In this document: in pieces, positions 1-12,500 of the stretch | Numbering within the stretch: the stretch's first letter is position 1 | Layout: each line of letters begins with the position of its first letter | NCBI GenBank assembly: GCA_046563655.1 | Contig: CM102283.1 | Coordinates: 5,642,001-5,706,000, forward strand | Direction of reading: 5' to 3' | DNA: 64,000 nucleotides | Source: Yuukianura sp. NJ FZ-2021 | Lineage: Eukaryota | Program-made: the position numbers and the translations under genes | The notes under the pieces: generated by a model | Told to the model about the DNA's origin: nothing | The model's input: only the letters and a program-made list of their open reading frames with translations | The model's database searches: none

Positions 1-954
1 TCCTATTAAATTCCAACTTCTAACCCATCGCCTTGTTATAGACTTTGTCTTTAATTAAATCAAAGAAGATGAATTTGTATGACAGAAAATCCACGAAGAA
101 TCGCTTCATTTTATTGACTCATTTTGACATCCTCTAATTCAATAAGAAAATTTTAATATCAATCGTAAAAATTATTATAGCCTAAAAGAAATACTGGTGA
201 ACAGTTTTGAGTGTAAGAGTCTTCCTATTTCGACTTGTTGTAGACAGTAGTCTCATAGACGGTTTCAAGATACTCCGGTCTGGTTTGTTGTTCGTCAGTA
301 GCCTCAGCGTCTTGTGGCATTTCCTCCATTTCCTGTTGGTCATGTTTTACCTGCCATGCGTGAGGAGTCGACTTGTCGCGACAGCTCCAGAATGTCCGGG
401 TCACGGGAACAATTGAGAATGCAGCGATCGAAGTGGATCCACCAGACTCGTCTCAATGCAGCCGCATTGCGAGCTCTACGACAGTTAGTCCGTCTCCGAT
501 CGTCACTACCACCAACTCTCCATCTACGGACGACAGTGGATCAAAATTGGCATTATACGAATCTCTTTTTTGGATTCTCGGTAAGCAAGTTTAAAAATAT
601 AGCAATTGCCCTCAAAAACTATAAGTAATGATTTTTCGACAGTTGGACTCGCAATCCTCTGTGCCTGCATCTTTACGGTGTTCAAAATCTGGAAATTGAA
701 CAAAGCAAGACACAACCGCCGAGTACCAACTCCGCGCCGATGGCGCGAGCTTCCGGAATTGGTCCCTCTCGCTCTCTTTAGTGACCACGAATACCTCTGA
801 TTCAGAACGCTACTCCGTCCAGGAACTTATACTTTATAAATAGATTTCGCTTTCATTTTTCTCATTCGACTAAAAAAAAATGGAAAATAAACGGTGTAAA
901 ATTTAATCGTGAGAATGATTCCGTCTTTGCTGCTAAAGGAACTGACAGCTGAAT

Positions 955-1224
955 GGCACCGCTCATTCTGTAGGCACCGCTCATTCTATAGGCACCGCAT
1001 ATTAAAGTGGCACCGCTCACTCTATAAGCACCGCATATTAAAGTGGCACCGCTCGTTAAAGTGGCACCGCTCATTCTATAAGCACCGCATATTAAAGTGG
1101 CACCGCTCGTTAAAGTGGCACCGCTCATTCTATAAGCACCGCTCATTCTATAGGCACCGCTCATTAAAGTGGCACCGCTCATTCTATAAGCACCGCTCAT
1201 TAAAGTGGCACCGCATATTAAACG
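955..1224. repeat. 18-bp minisatellite, 15 units (RGCACCGC followed by TCATTCTATA-type or ...TTAAAGT-type tails)
   Basis: Units counted directly, starting every 18 bp from 955 to 1207. A TTAGG-like tract (aggttaggttatgttaggtt) follows at ~1332-1351. Confidence 0.95.
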
Positions 1225-1496
1225 TGAAAACAGAGGCTACAACGCTCGAAATATATAGCATACAGAATTTATATTTTTAAATTTTCTTTTTAAATTCTTT
1301 ATTTTAAAAATTATTTTTTCATTTAAAAACAAGGTTAGGTTATGTTAGGTTTTTTTTTAATGGGAATAAATAAAAACTTGAGTTGATGAAAATCACGGAA
1401 ACTGAAATGTAAAGTTTAAATTGATAACTTATGCAATTCTACATAGGACCAGTACGGATACAGTTGCGATGATGGCGATCTCTGGTATCTCGTCTA

Positions 1497-3184
1497 TTAA
1501 ACCGCTTTCCGCACTTCGGGCACCCGAAGCCTGTTGGATCCCCCCTGTGAATTGCTTAAGTCGTGGCGATTGACGCTCTTCGGTGCGGTAAAAGTCGTTG
1601 AGCACTTTTGACATTTGTAGCGGCCGGTCGCTTCATCGACGATCAGCAGAGGATATTTTCGTCTTTTGACAATAGACTCCAATGGATCTCGTTCGTTTTC
1701 ACTGGCATCCAAAGGTGGATCAGCGCGACGTCCTTCGATGGTTCTCGATGTAGCAGAGGTTGACGGAAGAGCGACAGCGAGTGTTTCGACTGAAACTGGT
1801 TCTTCGAGTGGAGGTAACGGCGGGGCTATGTCTGGAGTGAGTGCACGATGCGTAGATGGGTCCAGGATGGTGGCACGTGGTGGAGAATCGGTTGACATGG
1901 CGACGGAGAGATCCAGAACTGGAAGCTGGTCGTTTGGACCAAATAAGCCAACTGCTGGAGGCTCCATTTGAACAGCTGCACCAGATAGAGCCTGTGTATA
2001 TGTCGACTGAAGTCGATCTATTGCCTTTTGCCTCTCTGCTGCCCTCTGCAATCCCTCCTGAAGACTACGAGACGATCCTGGCTGTGGGGATGCAAGAGGT
2101 TCTTGACGACGATTCAGAGAATTCAGACGATCAGGGGAAGATCGAAGATGTAAGAATCGCTGGATCAACGCCTCGTACGCTGTGCGTCGGATGACTTGAT
2201 TCGATTCGGTAGAAGCGGCTGAAATGACAGAAGAAGCAGCGACGTTGGTACTGATTGAATTTTGTTGTGTTAGCATCCGGGATGAATAAGATTTCATTTC
2301 TCGAAAAACCTCCTCCCATCTGTGATTTGCCAATTAAAGGTCATAGGGAAGTCCTTCTTCATTACGTTTTTCACATTCTGCTAAATAGTACCCTGCATCC
2401 ACGTTATACGCAGGGACATATACGAATCTGCAAAGAAAATAATAATAGTCACTGGAAAGACGGGCATCACAATGTACTAAAAAAACACGCGAAAATAAAC
2501 CCAGCCCAACCAACTTTTTTTTTTGAAAAAAAAAAAGCTTATTTAAAAAAAATAAGGGGCGAACTTACCTGTCGGAAACGTACAAAGGTCCGAAATCTAC
2601 TTGGTAGAACTCGTTGCCCTTTTTGTCCTGGACAATTTCTCTAATGCCGACGATATCGTACTCAATACCGTCGATTCCAACAATTCTAGTCCGCTTTAGT
2701 TGAGGTGGACGATAAGGCACAAGATCGTCAGGATCTGCAGGAAGTGACTCTTCGGACTCAGATGACTCACTTGAATCTGACGGTACCCAAATGTTCCCCT
2801 TTCGACGTCGATCCTACAAATCAGAAATTATTCACATGCAGAGATAGTTGAAACCGAGATGAACATAATACACGCTGACTGTTCTGTTAAGTTACCTTTG
2901 TCGAGGAACATCAACTCCTGGTTTTAACAGTGGGGACAACACGACGGCCACGACGCTATACATAAAATAATAATATTAATCTCTGATATTCTGTGTACTG
3001 TATTTACTAATCTTCATAAACACGCAAATCCGCTCAATATTCATAACAAAATAATATCTTCTTAATTTCTAACCAAAAACGAACAAAAGACACACACCTG
3101 ACATGAATCTGGCAAACGAACCTCACCGGCACCAGGAGCAACCTCGTTGATTATATAGGCAACCAAATCCACGCGAGATCTATG
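1497..3184 (-). pseudogene. Spliced chromodomain-like + C-terminal zinc-finger gene, disrupted; its first 13 codons lie at 18547-18509 on the other side of the LTR element
   Basis: Exons 3184-3098, 2955-2896, 2813-2569 and 2427-1497 join in phase through GT-AG introns. The translation contains EYDIVGIREIVQDKKGNEFYQVDFGPLYVSDRFVYVPAYNVDAGYYLAECEKR (chromo-like spacing) and YKCQKCSTTFTAPKSVNRH. In-frame stops at 2913-2911 and 2336-2334. Confidence 0.6.
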
Positions 3185-3189
3185 CTGTA

Positions 3190-4100
3190 TGTTAGTCTAC
3201 TCGGCGGCTAACATTCGGTCTAGGCAAGTCCTGTGTGGCGACTTACCTGAATTCTGGTGGTTCTTTCCTTCTGTCCCCGAAGCCTGTCTGCCACCGAAGT
3301 AGCCGATGGCTCTGAGGTGCTACTGTAGATGGAAGCTCGACTGTATATGATGTTATTATTGACGGTACAAAGTAACGATAAGACGTTAAGACAATAGGAA
3401 CGGTAAGATGTTGAAACAATAAGAACGGTAGTTGGTCATCTACCGAGAGACGAAGCTCTCTGGTCAGAAAGGGAATAAAGTTCACAGAACACAATAGCTT
3501 TGGTTGAGTTACTACTGTTTATTGTTAGTTGAAACACCCTACTCCAAGTGGAGACTTCACCGTGTTATTGTTCTAGAGTCGGAGTTCCGCACACCGGAAC
3601 TCCGACCCTTCGAGACTCTCAGTCTGGGCTTATTGTCCGAAGAACATATGGTTTGTAGACCTAACTATTGTTCTAATCAACTGTAACTAACTGCTAACTA
3701 CTAATGTAGTCTGTCCCTTGAAAGCTGAATACTGGATACTAACTAACTTAGACTAACTACTTACTGACTACTAAAAGGTAGACCCTTAGGATCTGACTCC
3801 TTAATTATGACTGACTCTAACAGAGGTGAATACAAGCTGCTTAAGGGTAAGATGACGCACAAGCTCACAAGAGCGTGCGTCATTGACTTGGATAGGTCCA
3901 CGTGTGTTCACGTGTTAGAACTATGTTACTGCCACGCATGCTACTGCCACTGCTACTGCGTCTTAGAGTTATGAATCATGCACACCTGCTAAGTTTAGGT
4001 TACTGCGACTTACTTATGCTACGACTTAACTTATGTTTAAGAGTTATGCGTCATAAGCGCATTAAAGTGTGAGTGAGATGACCCTGTCATAACGCTCACA
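3190..4100 (-). repeat. 3' LTR (911 bp)
   Basis: Near-identical to 17610-18508: about 8 substitutions and one 12-bp indel by eye. Abuts the PPT. Confidence 0.97.
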
Positions 4101-4112
4101 TACTCTTCTCAC
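4101..4112 (-). other. Polypurine tract
   Basis: Minus strand GTGAGAAGAGTA lies immediately before the TGTGAG start of the 3' LTR. Confidence 0.8.
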
Positions 4113-4174
4113 CACGGTGAAATTCCTGTCAAGGAATTTTGAATAGTTTTTTTTTTGCAAAACTAGATAGTTAC

Positions 4175-7100
4175 TCATTTTCTAGCCTGTCCTTTTTCAC
4201 CTTGTCTTGGGTAAGTTAGGCGTACAATGTCTCCTTTTGTGTAAAGTCTAGACATTCTGAATTTATTGTTGACTTCTTGCGTTTTTTGTTGTTGATCAGA
4301 TATGGCTGATCTGAGTTTTGACCATAAAGTTAGAATATTTTCTTGCTTAATGCGCAGATCTTTATTTTTAATTTCTTTTTGAAACGCATAAGGAAAATTT
4401 GGTTGTCGGTTAAATACCATTGAAAATGAAGAATGGTAATTCAAACTTTTCAAAGGCGTTGTGTTAATGCAAAAGTTAATCATAGGAATAAATTCGGACC
4501 AGTTTGAATGATTTTCGGTAACGTAATTTCTTATGATACTATGCCAAATTTGATGTGTCCTTTCTGACAACGAATTTCCTGTACTATTATAATACATTGT
4601 ATGTGTGATTTGTGTATCAAATATTTTTGAAAATGATTTCAAAAATTCAGACGCGTAATTAGAACCATTGTCAACATAATTGCGTTTTGGAGTTGAAAAT
4701 TTTAATAAAACTTCTTTTTCAAAAAAGTCTGCGATATCTTCTGCTTTTGTAGTTTTTAACGCTTTCAGAATGGTGTATTTAGTCATTAGGGAAACACAAT
4801 TAATTATATATTTGTAACCATTGCTTGAAGGCATAGGTCCACAGAGGTCACTTGCGCACACTTCCATTGGGTAGTTTCCAATTGGAAGTTTTCCTGCTAA
4901 TCCATGAATTTTGCCAAAGTGACGCTTTAATCTGTTACATTCGTCGCAGCTCTGAATGTGTTTAACTAAGTCTTGTTTTTGAGATGGCCAGGCAAACAGC
5001 CTTGACAATTTATTATAACATTTCGTATAACCGCAATGTCCGGAAATTGGAACGTTATGTATTTCATGTAGAATAGATTTGCGCTGCTGTTTAGGAACAA
5101 AAATTCTTGAATAGTTAAGTCTCATGTCGAACAAGATTCCATCTGTGATAACGTACCTTGCTCGTGTATGAATGTCATTTTTAATCCAGTTAGTTCTAAT
5201 TTTGACACATTCTTGATCTACTAACTGTAACGCAGCCCAATCTATTGTATTATCAACGTTATACCATTTTGTAAGTGTCTCCGGATTTTTAATAATGAAG
5301 CAAGCAATAAATAAGCAAGATGAACTGGCTTTCTGGTATTTCTATATCATTAGCTTCTTCTGAAAGAGGATCTCTACTTAGCATATCTGGAAGACCCATG
5401 TTTTTGCCTTTTTTATATTTAATTTCGTAATCGAAACCCATGAGGATTACTGACCATTTCGTTAACTCGTTATTCCAGCGTTTTGAAGGTGATAAAGCAT
5501 TCTTGGTTTGGACTAATGGTAATGAATCTGTTATGATTGTAAATTTAATGTCCATTAAATACAAATGAAAGACGGAACAACAAGTAACTATAGCAAATAA
5601 TTCTCTCATGAATGCTGGGTATTCTTTTTGTTTTCCTTTTAACAAAGATGAATGGTAAGCTATTGGAACTTCTAAGTTTTCATTCGTAGTTTGGAGCAAT
5701 GCTCCCCCTATACCGTAACCACTAGCGTCTGTATATAAGATTGTTGGTCTAGATTTGTCAAACCAATGTAATAATGGCGGTGACGTTAAAATTTCTTTGA
5801 TTTTGTCGATTTGTTGTTCGTGGATTTTTTCTAACTTGAACGCTTTATCTTTCTTTAGAAGTTCGTACAAAGGTTGCGTGAGTAAAGAAAAGTTAGGTAC
5901 ACTTCTTCTAAACCAATTAAATGATCCTAATAATCTTTGAAGTTTCTTAACTGACGTTGGATATGAAATTTGTTGAACTGCTTTCAATTTCTCTGGTTGT
6001 TGTCTAACTCCACTGGTACCTACCAGCATTCCTAATAGAGGTATTTCGGGATATCCGAAGTAGCATTTGTGAATAGCTAACTTTGCATTATATTCCCTTA
6101 ACTTCAAAAAAGTTTTTCGGATATCTTCTAAATGATTTTGCCATGTTCTGCTACTAAATCATCAATGTAAATTATATTATTTACCATTAGCGTTTCACCA
6201 AGAATCCAGTGGTAACAACGGGTAAAACTAGATGGCGCTGTACTAATTCCAAACGGTAAATACGTGAATGCAAAGTTCCCTTTCTGTGTAGAAAACGTTA
6301 AGTATTGGACGCTATCTTCTGCCATCTTAATACTCCAAAATCCTCTTTGTACATCACACATACTAAAGTAATTATGCCTATCTTGGATCCAATCCAAGAC
6401 AGCATCAACACTAATCATAGTGTATTCTACAGGTGCAATCATACTATTAAGTTTCACATAATTGATGCAAAATCTAAAAGTTTTTTCTCCATTTGGTAAA
6501 GTGTGTCCAGGGACTAGTACAGTCGACGACACATAATTTGAATTACATGGTACTATGCGACGTAGCTTTAGTAAGTCGTCAATCGTTTTGTTTTCGAATT
6601 CTGTCATCGCTGGCGTTCTTCTGGCTGGTTGGCACCGAAAAGTAGTTGCGTTTGGACGCAACACTACATGGTGGACGTAATTTTTGATTTCTCCTATCTC
6701 TCTCTTGTACGCAAAAACGTCTGTGAATGACTCTAATAATTGGCGCAAGTCGTCTTGTTTACTTTGTTCTAAATCTGGATTAATCCTTGCTAGGATTCTA
6801 TCCAGGTGTTCTTTACGTAAATTGGAAGGTAAATCGGAAAGTTTGAAAAGTAGGTAGGGTTTCATCTATTTCTGTTTGGTTTTGGTTATGTTCACCTTCA
6901 GTTAGCCCGATTGTGGCAATACTCTTTTCATAAAAACTGGGAGGCAAGACTTCTACCCAGTACTTTTTCGAAAAAGGTTTGTAAAATATATCATCGCCCT
7001 CTATAACGTATTCGCCTGCTATGAAGGGATCTTCCCGGGGACTCTGTTCATTAACAAGTCTATACTGATCTGAGAGAGGGACCAGTGTTTCAGTCAGACC

Positions 7101-8033
7101 AGCATATCCTGTTATAGTTTCATTATTATCATTTTCATCTGTCTGTGTGACAGGTTCTTCTGTAATTTCTATGTAATCATTATCATCCTTTGAATCTGTC
7201 CTTTTGACAGGCTTTGTAATTATATTTTCTAGATTTTGAACGTGTGAGCTCAGATTTTTAAAATCATTTTCTTCGATCCCCGTCGAGACAAAATTAGTGA
7301 TGTCTAAGCTCACATGATCAACAATATTGGATCCATCTGTATTATATATTTCATCATCTGGTTGAATGATTGTGTCATATCCTGCTAAGGTGAATACCTT
7401 GCAATTAATCTTCATGTTCTCTATTACTGTTGGAATTATTTTAATATTTTTTCCGTTCCAACTTATTAATTGACGACTAAAGTCAATTACTATGCCTTGG
7501 CAAACTAGGAAGTCGTTTCCTAGTAAGGCATCTAATGAAAAATTCTCAATTACCACCATCGTATGGCTAACTTCAATCTGGTGAATTTTAATTTTCACCT
7601 CGGACACTCCCAAAGATGAAACAGATGAATTCCCGATTCCTTTTAACGTTATACTATTTTCATTTTGAAAAATATTTTCAGATTTTACTAATTTATTATT
7701 AACTACTGAACATTCTGCGCCTGAATCTAAAATTATGCTAATTTGAAAACCATTTACGTAGCCAACCACCCGAAGCAATCCATTTCTCCCTATGCCACAT
7801 ACAATCTGATAACTATTAAAATTTTGAAAATTGGAAGTGATTATGTTTTGTAAATCTTGTGATGAATTATTTAGGATTGGAGAGGTGGAGTTTGGAAAGT
7901 TGTGTTCAACGAATTGACTAGAGGATTGACTGGGGTTTGATTCTCCTGATTGCGGCCCCGAGTCTGTTGTTGAATCGGATGGAAATTCGCCGCCATTCCC
8001 ATCCTCTCTCCATTTTTTGGTTGCATTCTGCAA
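4175..8033 (-). pseudogene. pol: pol polyprotein (protease, RT, RNase H, integrase), broken by at least three frameshifts
   Basis: PR ILDSGAECS...LLGNDFL (6813-8033). RT FRFCINYVKLN, LPFG, YIDD (6128-6865). RH YTDASGYGIG, RELFAI (5289-6107). INT H..GH..C..C and D,D(35)E (SDLCGP, VDNGSNY, SER) at 4175-5134. The integrase GPY/F tail is missing. Confidence 0.95.
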
Positions 8034-9541
8034 GTAGCGTTGCTATGTGTGTTGGAGTTATGTAGTGAACACCATTCTGCGTTCACTCTGTTAGATGGGT
8101 AGAAAGCTTGTCGATTTTGATTCTGTCCGAATCTTTTTTGATTGAATCTGTTTTGGTTTGCCGCAAAGCGATTCTCATTTCCTGTGAATCGGTTTTGATT
8201 TGGAGTAATTTAATTATGATTCGGTGTGAATCGATTCTGATTTTGTTGAAAGCAATTCGCGTCAGAATGTTCATTTGTTCTGTGAAAAGAACAAAACTGC
8301 TGCGGGCTATTTTGGGCCCTAGATGTTCTACAGTCCGCTGCTAGATGTCCTCTTCGGTTGCAAAGTGTGCAAGTAACATTTTTTGGGCATTGTGCGCTAA
8401 AATGTCCTGGCATGGAAGTGAAAACTGAAGGACAAGTGAAACAAACTCCAGTATTAGGATTTTGTGGTCTTGGTGTATCTTGTCTAATTTGATTTTGACG
8501 TAGCGGCTTTGAATAGCCACCAATTCTGGTATTCACTCCGAATTGTTCGGGAGTTGTGTAATCCGGCGAAGTAGGTATATTTTGTTCCTTATTTTGAATT
8601 TTTTCTGGGGTTTTTTGAACAATCATGACTTCCATACGGTTCATTCTTTCCTGGATGTCATTTATGACGTCTTTTTGTTCAAAAAGCTCTGCGGTAGCTT
8701 GTGTCATGACATTGACATCCTTCTGATGTAATAAGAGTTCATTGGTTTCTTCGATGCTCTTCATTGCTTTCAAAAATTCTGGGATTGTTTCTGGCTTTGT
8801 TGCTCCTAGAGCGCTGATGTTGGAAGGTCTTAAATTTCTAATAAGCCACCTAACTTGGCGGGCTTCAGTGATATTTGGATCCATTTGACGAAGTAAATCC
8901 GTCAGTTCATACACATATGTAGTTGCTGATTCATTCAACATCTGCTTCCTATTGATGACCTTTTGTTCGATGGCCATTGTACTGGATTGTCCAAAGGCCT
9001 TAATGAGTTCTCTTTTGAGTGTAGGATAACCTACCAGTAGTGACTGGCCAGGTGGTTTGTTTGAATCCAAAAATGAACAAAGCCAAGCTTCTGCAGTTCC
9101 AGTAAGAGAGGAACTCAGAATAATAGCCCATTCGGTTTGTGGAATTAAATTCCCAGTCATTGCAAATTGGTATTTAGCAATGAATCGCATGACATCTTCA
9201 TTGGTTTTTCCACTAAACGTCGGAATTTTGATTTTATAATTGATTTTTTGTGTAGGGGGTTTTGACCCCGGGATTGGCATTGCGCCTGATTCATCGCTAT
9301 CTTCTTTCAAACGTTTCTTAGAATTTTCTCCAGGATAGTAAGGTTTGAATAGGTATTCCTCTGGATAATTTGGACTTGTAGGAAGGGGTGGATAGACAGG
9401 AATCGTAATTCTATCTCTCTCCAAACCTTTTACAAGTGGGCTATGTCGTACGTTAATTGGAACCCCATTGTGTTTTTTGTCAACAACACTGTCTAGTGTG
9501 TTGTCTATGTCTTTCTGTTTACTTCTAGTATTCGTAGCCAT
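7871..9541 (-). pseudogene. gag: gag, one in-frame TAA at 8212-8210
   Basis: IPTFSG...LTGTAEAW...RKQMLNESATTY capsid-type motifs and knuckle CTLCNRRGHLAADC. ORF 7871-8086 is in the same frame as 8210-9541 and the interval is open. Confidence 0.9.
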
Positions 9542-12500
9542 TTTAATTGACCAATAAACTGTTAAAAAAAACTGTTTGTTAACAAAATAAAAGTCTTACC
9601 TTTAATTGACTTTCTCACGTAGATATGAACAGTGATTCCCCTTGGTTAAAGTTGACAGCTATTTTTACCACTTGGGTTGGGAACTAAAAGCTCTCTTCTT
9701 CTCCGATGTAGATGATAACGAAGGACCGACTCAACCAAACTCAAACTATCAATGTTTCCACTTTGGTTTTTTAAGAATTTTCGTTGATTTAAAAATATTG
9801 AAATTGAATAACGTTAAACAACACAAGTTGAAGTTAAAGTTTGATGGGTAGATTTCTTATTTAAAACTCAAATCAAGAAAAAAAATTTTTTTGAAAACAA
9901 TTTGTTCACCAAAAAATTTTTTTTGTTTTTAACGAATAGTGTTAGTAAGTCTTAACTGACACTAGAATCAAAATAAACTACCGTATTTATAGTAAAGTGC
10001 ACTCAGTTTGTCTTTTTTAAGGCATTTTAGTTCGCATTGATTTTGTTGACGAACCCTTTTCAATTGCGCAATTTTGTAACCAGTCATAGAGAATTTTAAC
10101 GTGTTTCTTTTTTGAAAAATGAATTTTTGTGTTATTTCTGAACACGCTAGTTCATTCCAAATAAAATGTATTGTAACTTCTCATGTACCTTCAACTCACC
10201 TGAAAAAACATAAAGTGAGGAGTTTTTACTTCTATTATTGATTATCAGTAAAAGATTACTAAACACATTTGAAGTGTACCAAGCTTTAAAATTTTGTTTT
10301 ATATCTTATTTTATGATCATAAGGTGCAGTATATTCTCGACAAAAAAAATAGATGAGTGTAATTGATACTCGTAAGTAGAGATTTAATCTGCGGAAATTC
10401 CAAAACGGATTAGAAATTTTCCTTTTAAACTACTCTTCTTTAGTAGCGCCTTTTTTCTAATTTGATTTTAGTTATTTTGCATTAATTAAAATATCCTTTA
10501 CTAAGATCTCTGATTGGGAATTCATTCTTAAAACCTGAATTTCTTTCAGTGACCTTGACAACGCCAAAATTATGGAACGTCTCTTATGGAACTTCTAAGT
10601 TTAAAACTCAGATTTTTAGAAAGCTCAACCTTGTTTCAAGTTATTTTTTGATGAAAACTTCGGAATAGAATCATTTATATTCCAATGTTTAATTTTATAT
10701 AAAAGTTATTGTAAACTTAGTGCCTTAATTCTGTGCGAATGTTCTTGTTTTACTCCTCAGCTATGATTTTTTGATTATTGAAAAATTTCGCTCACCTAGG
10801 GAAAGAAATTCCAAAAAGAATCGAATTCCGTGTCTTCAAAACTTTTTTACATTCCATCAAACGTATAACAGAACTGAAATTCTGGTGCTTTCCCTTCACA
10901 CTAGATAACTCGCCGTACTTGAAAATGAAGCTCTCCCAGTGTTCAGCCATCACTTAAACTTGCTAAACCTTCCAACAATTTCCACTTTCGACTTGCAAAA
11001 TTTCACTCTTTTCTTTTAAAGATTGCTGTCCGAAAATTGTTGCTATTTTTTTAGACAAATGTTTGGAGTCACCCGGAATATGTTTGTTACTTGGCTCAAC
11101 TACTCAAGTTGTTGTTAGGATCGTGACTGACTTTCTTTCTCGAATTGAAAGGCCTTTGGTGTTTCGAATTTTTTTTTCAGAAATGCTGACTTAGCGTGGG
11201 TGGGTGGACTTACGGGGTGCGCGTACCAATCAAAATTGAGCAGCAGTACTGAGGCCATGTGTTGGAATCGTGGTTTTTAGGATTCGCACTTTTTCCCATG
11301 TCAAAAGTTCAAGACATAGTCGTAAATCTCTTAATCTTCTGGCCTCAAAAAAATGCTTTTTCCTTATGGTGCCCATAAGGAATCCCAACGGTCACTTTTT
11401 GACAGATGTGACCTTTCCCTGATCCCGGATTTTAATTTTGCAAAATAAGAGAACAACAATTTTAATCTTAACTGGCCTTAACCAGTTTTAACTTTTAATA
11501 AAATTTTCTGAAAAAATTAATTTAAAAAATTTTCCATCTTTATTAGTTACCTATTCTACCTGAGCGATTGTATACTATATAGCTTTTGTGTCTGTCTGTC
11601 CGTCGGCCTGTCACTCATCAGATTATGAATTTTAATTTTAATTTTACCAAAAAATTTTAATAAAAACTACTTTGTTGTTGTATATGTCTGTCTGTTCGTC
11701 TGTCTGTCTGTCTGTATCTCTGACTACTTTTGATCATGAATATACTCAAATTCGAAAATGGGTTTAATTTAGTAGCTTTGACCTTGCTTATTTATTTCTC
11801 ATAAGAATATTCTAAAAATTATATGTGTTTGGGTCAAAGGTCAATAGTAACGTTTTCTTTCCTATATAAACATGGAATTTGACCAATACGAAAGTTGTTG
11901 GTCACAACTAATCAAGCATCCTTTGTATAGGTGTTTCCTATCTAAAGTTAAATGCTTCGTGGTCGAAACTAAGAATTTCGAAAATTAATTATTTTTAAAT
12001 TTTTATCACAATTTTGAATTTTCTGCTAAATTTCTTACTGTTCACATTAAGTTCAACTTATTCTGGCATATATTAAGTAAAAATTTAAATTATTAAGAGA
12101 TGAGTTATCTTTCAGTACTTATGGTACGTCGTTTTCAGTCAGCTGTTTCGTATTTCAAAATTTCGCGCAAAATTTTCAAAATTTTGGTTTTATTGATCAA
12201 AAACCCATCATTACGTTATTTGGTTATGACCCTTTCAGGTAATTGCAAGTTGAGTCATGTATTTTTCCAAAAAAGTTCAAAATTTTTGCACTTTTGGAAT
12301 TAGATTTTGGAAATACCGTTAATCTTCTTTTAGTGGTCGGTATGTTATGGGTAATGAATTCTAATGGTCCTTGCTTTGTTTACTTCTTGAAATGTTTATA
12401 AAATTGATGTTATAGCTAACTAATATTAAGTATAGTATTCTTATGATTTGTTCAAGTTAATTTGAACTTGAGTTTTTTAGTTTAAAAATACCGTAAATAT

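Noticed and set aside
207-800. Possible decayed RING-like and TM-containing gene
   Set aside because: Cys/His residues are scattered over different frames; I cannot assemble a defensible model.
862-1280. Repetitive ORFs on both strands; superficially CRISPR-like array
   Set aside because: Produced by the 18-bp tandem repeat. There are no unique spacers or cas genes, and the context is eukaryotic.
3243-3686. ORFs duplicated at 17663-18106
   Set aside because: They lie within the LTRs. Duplication reflects LTR identity, and they have non-ATG starts and no recognisable motifs.
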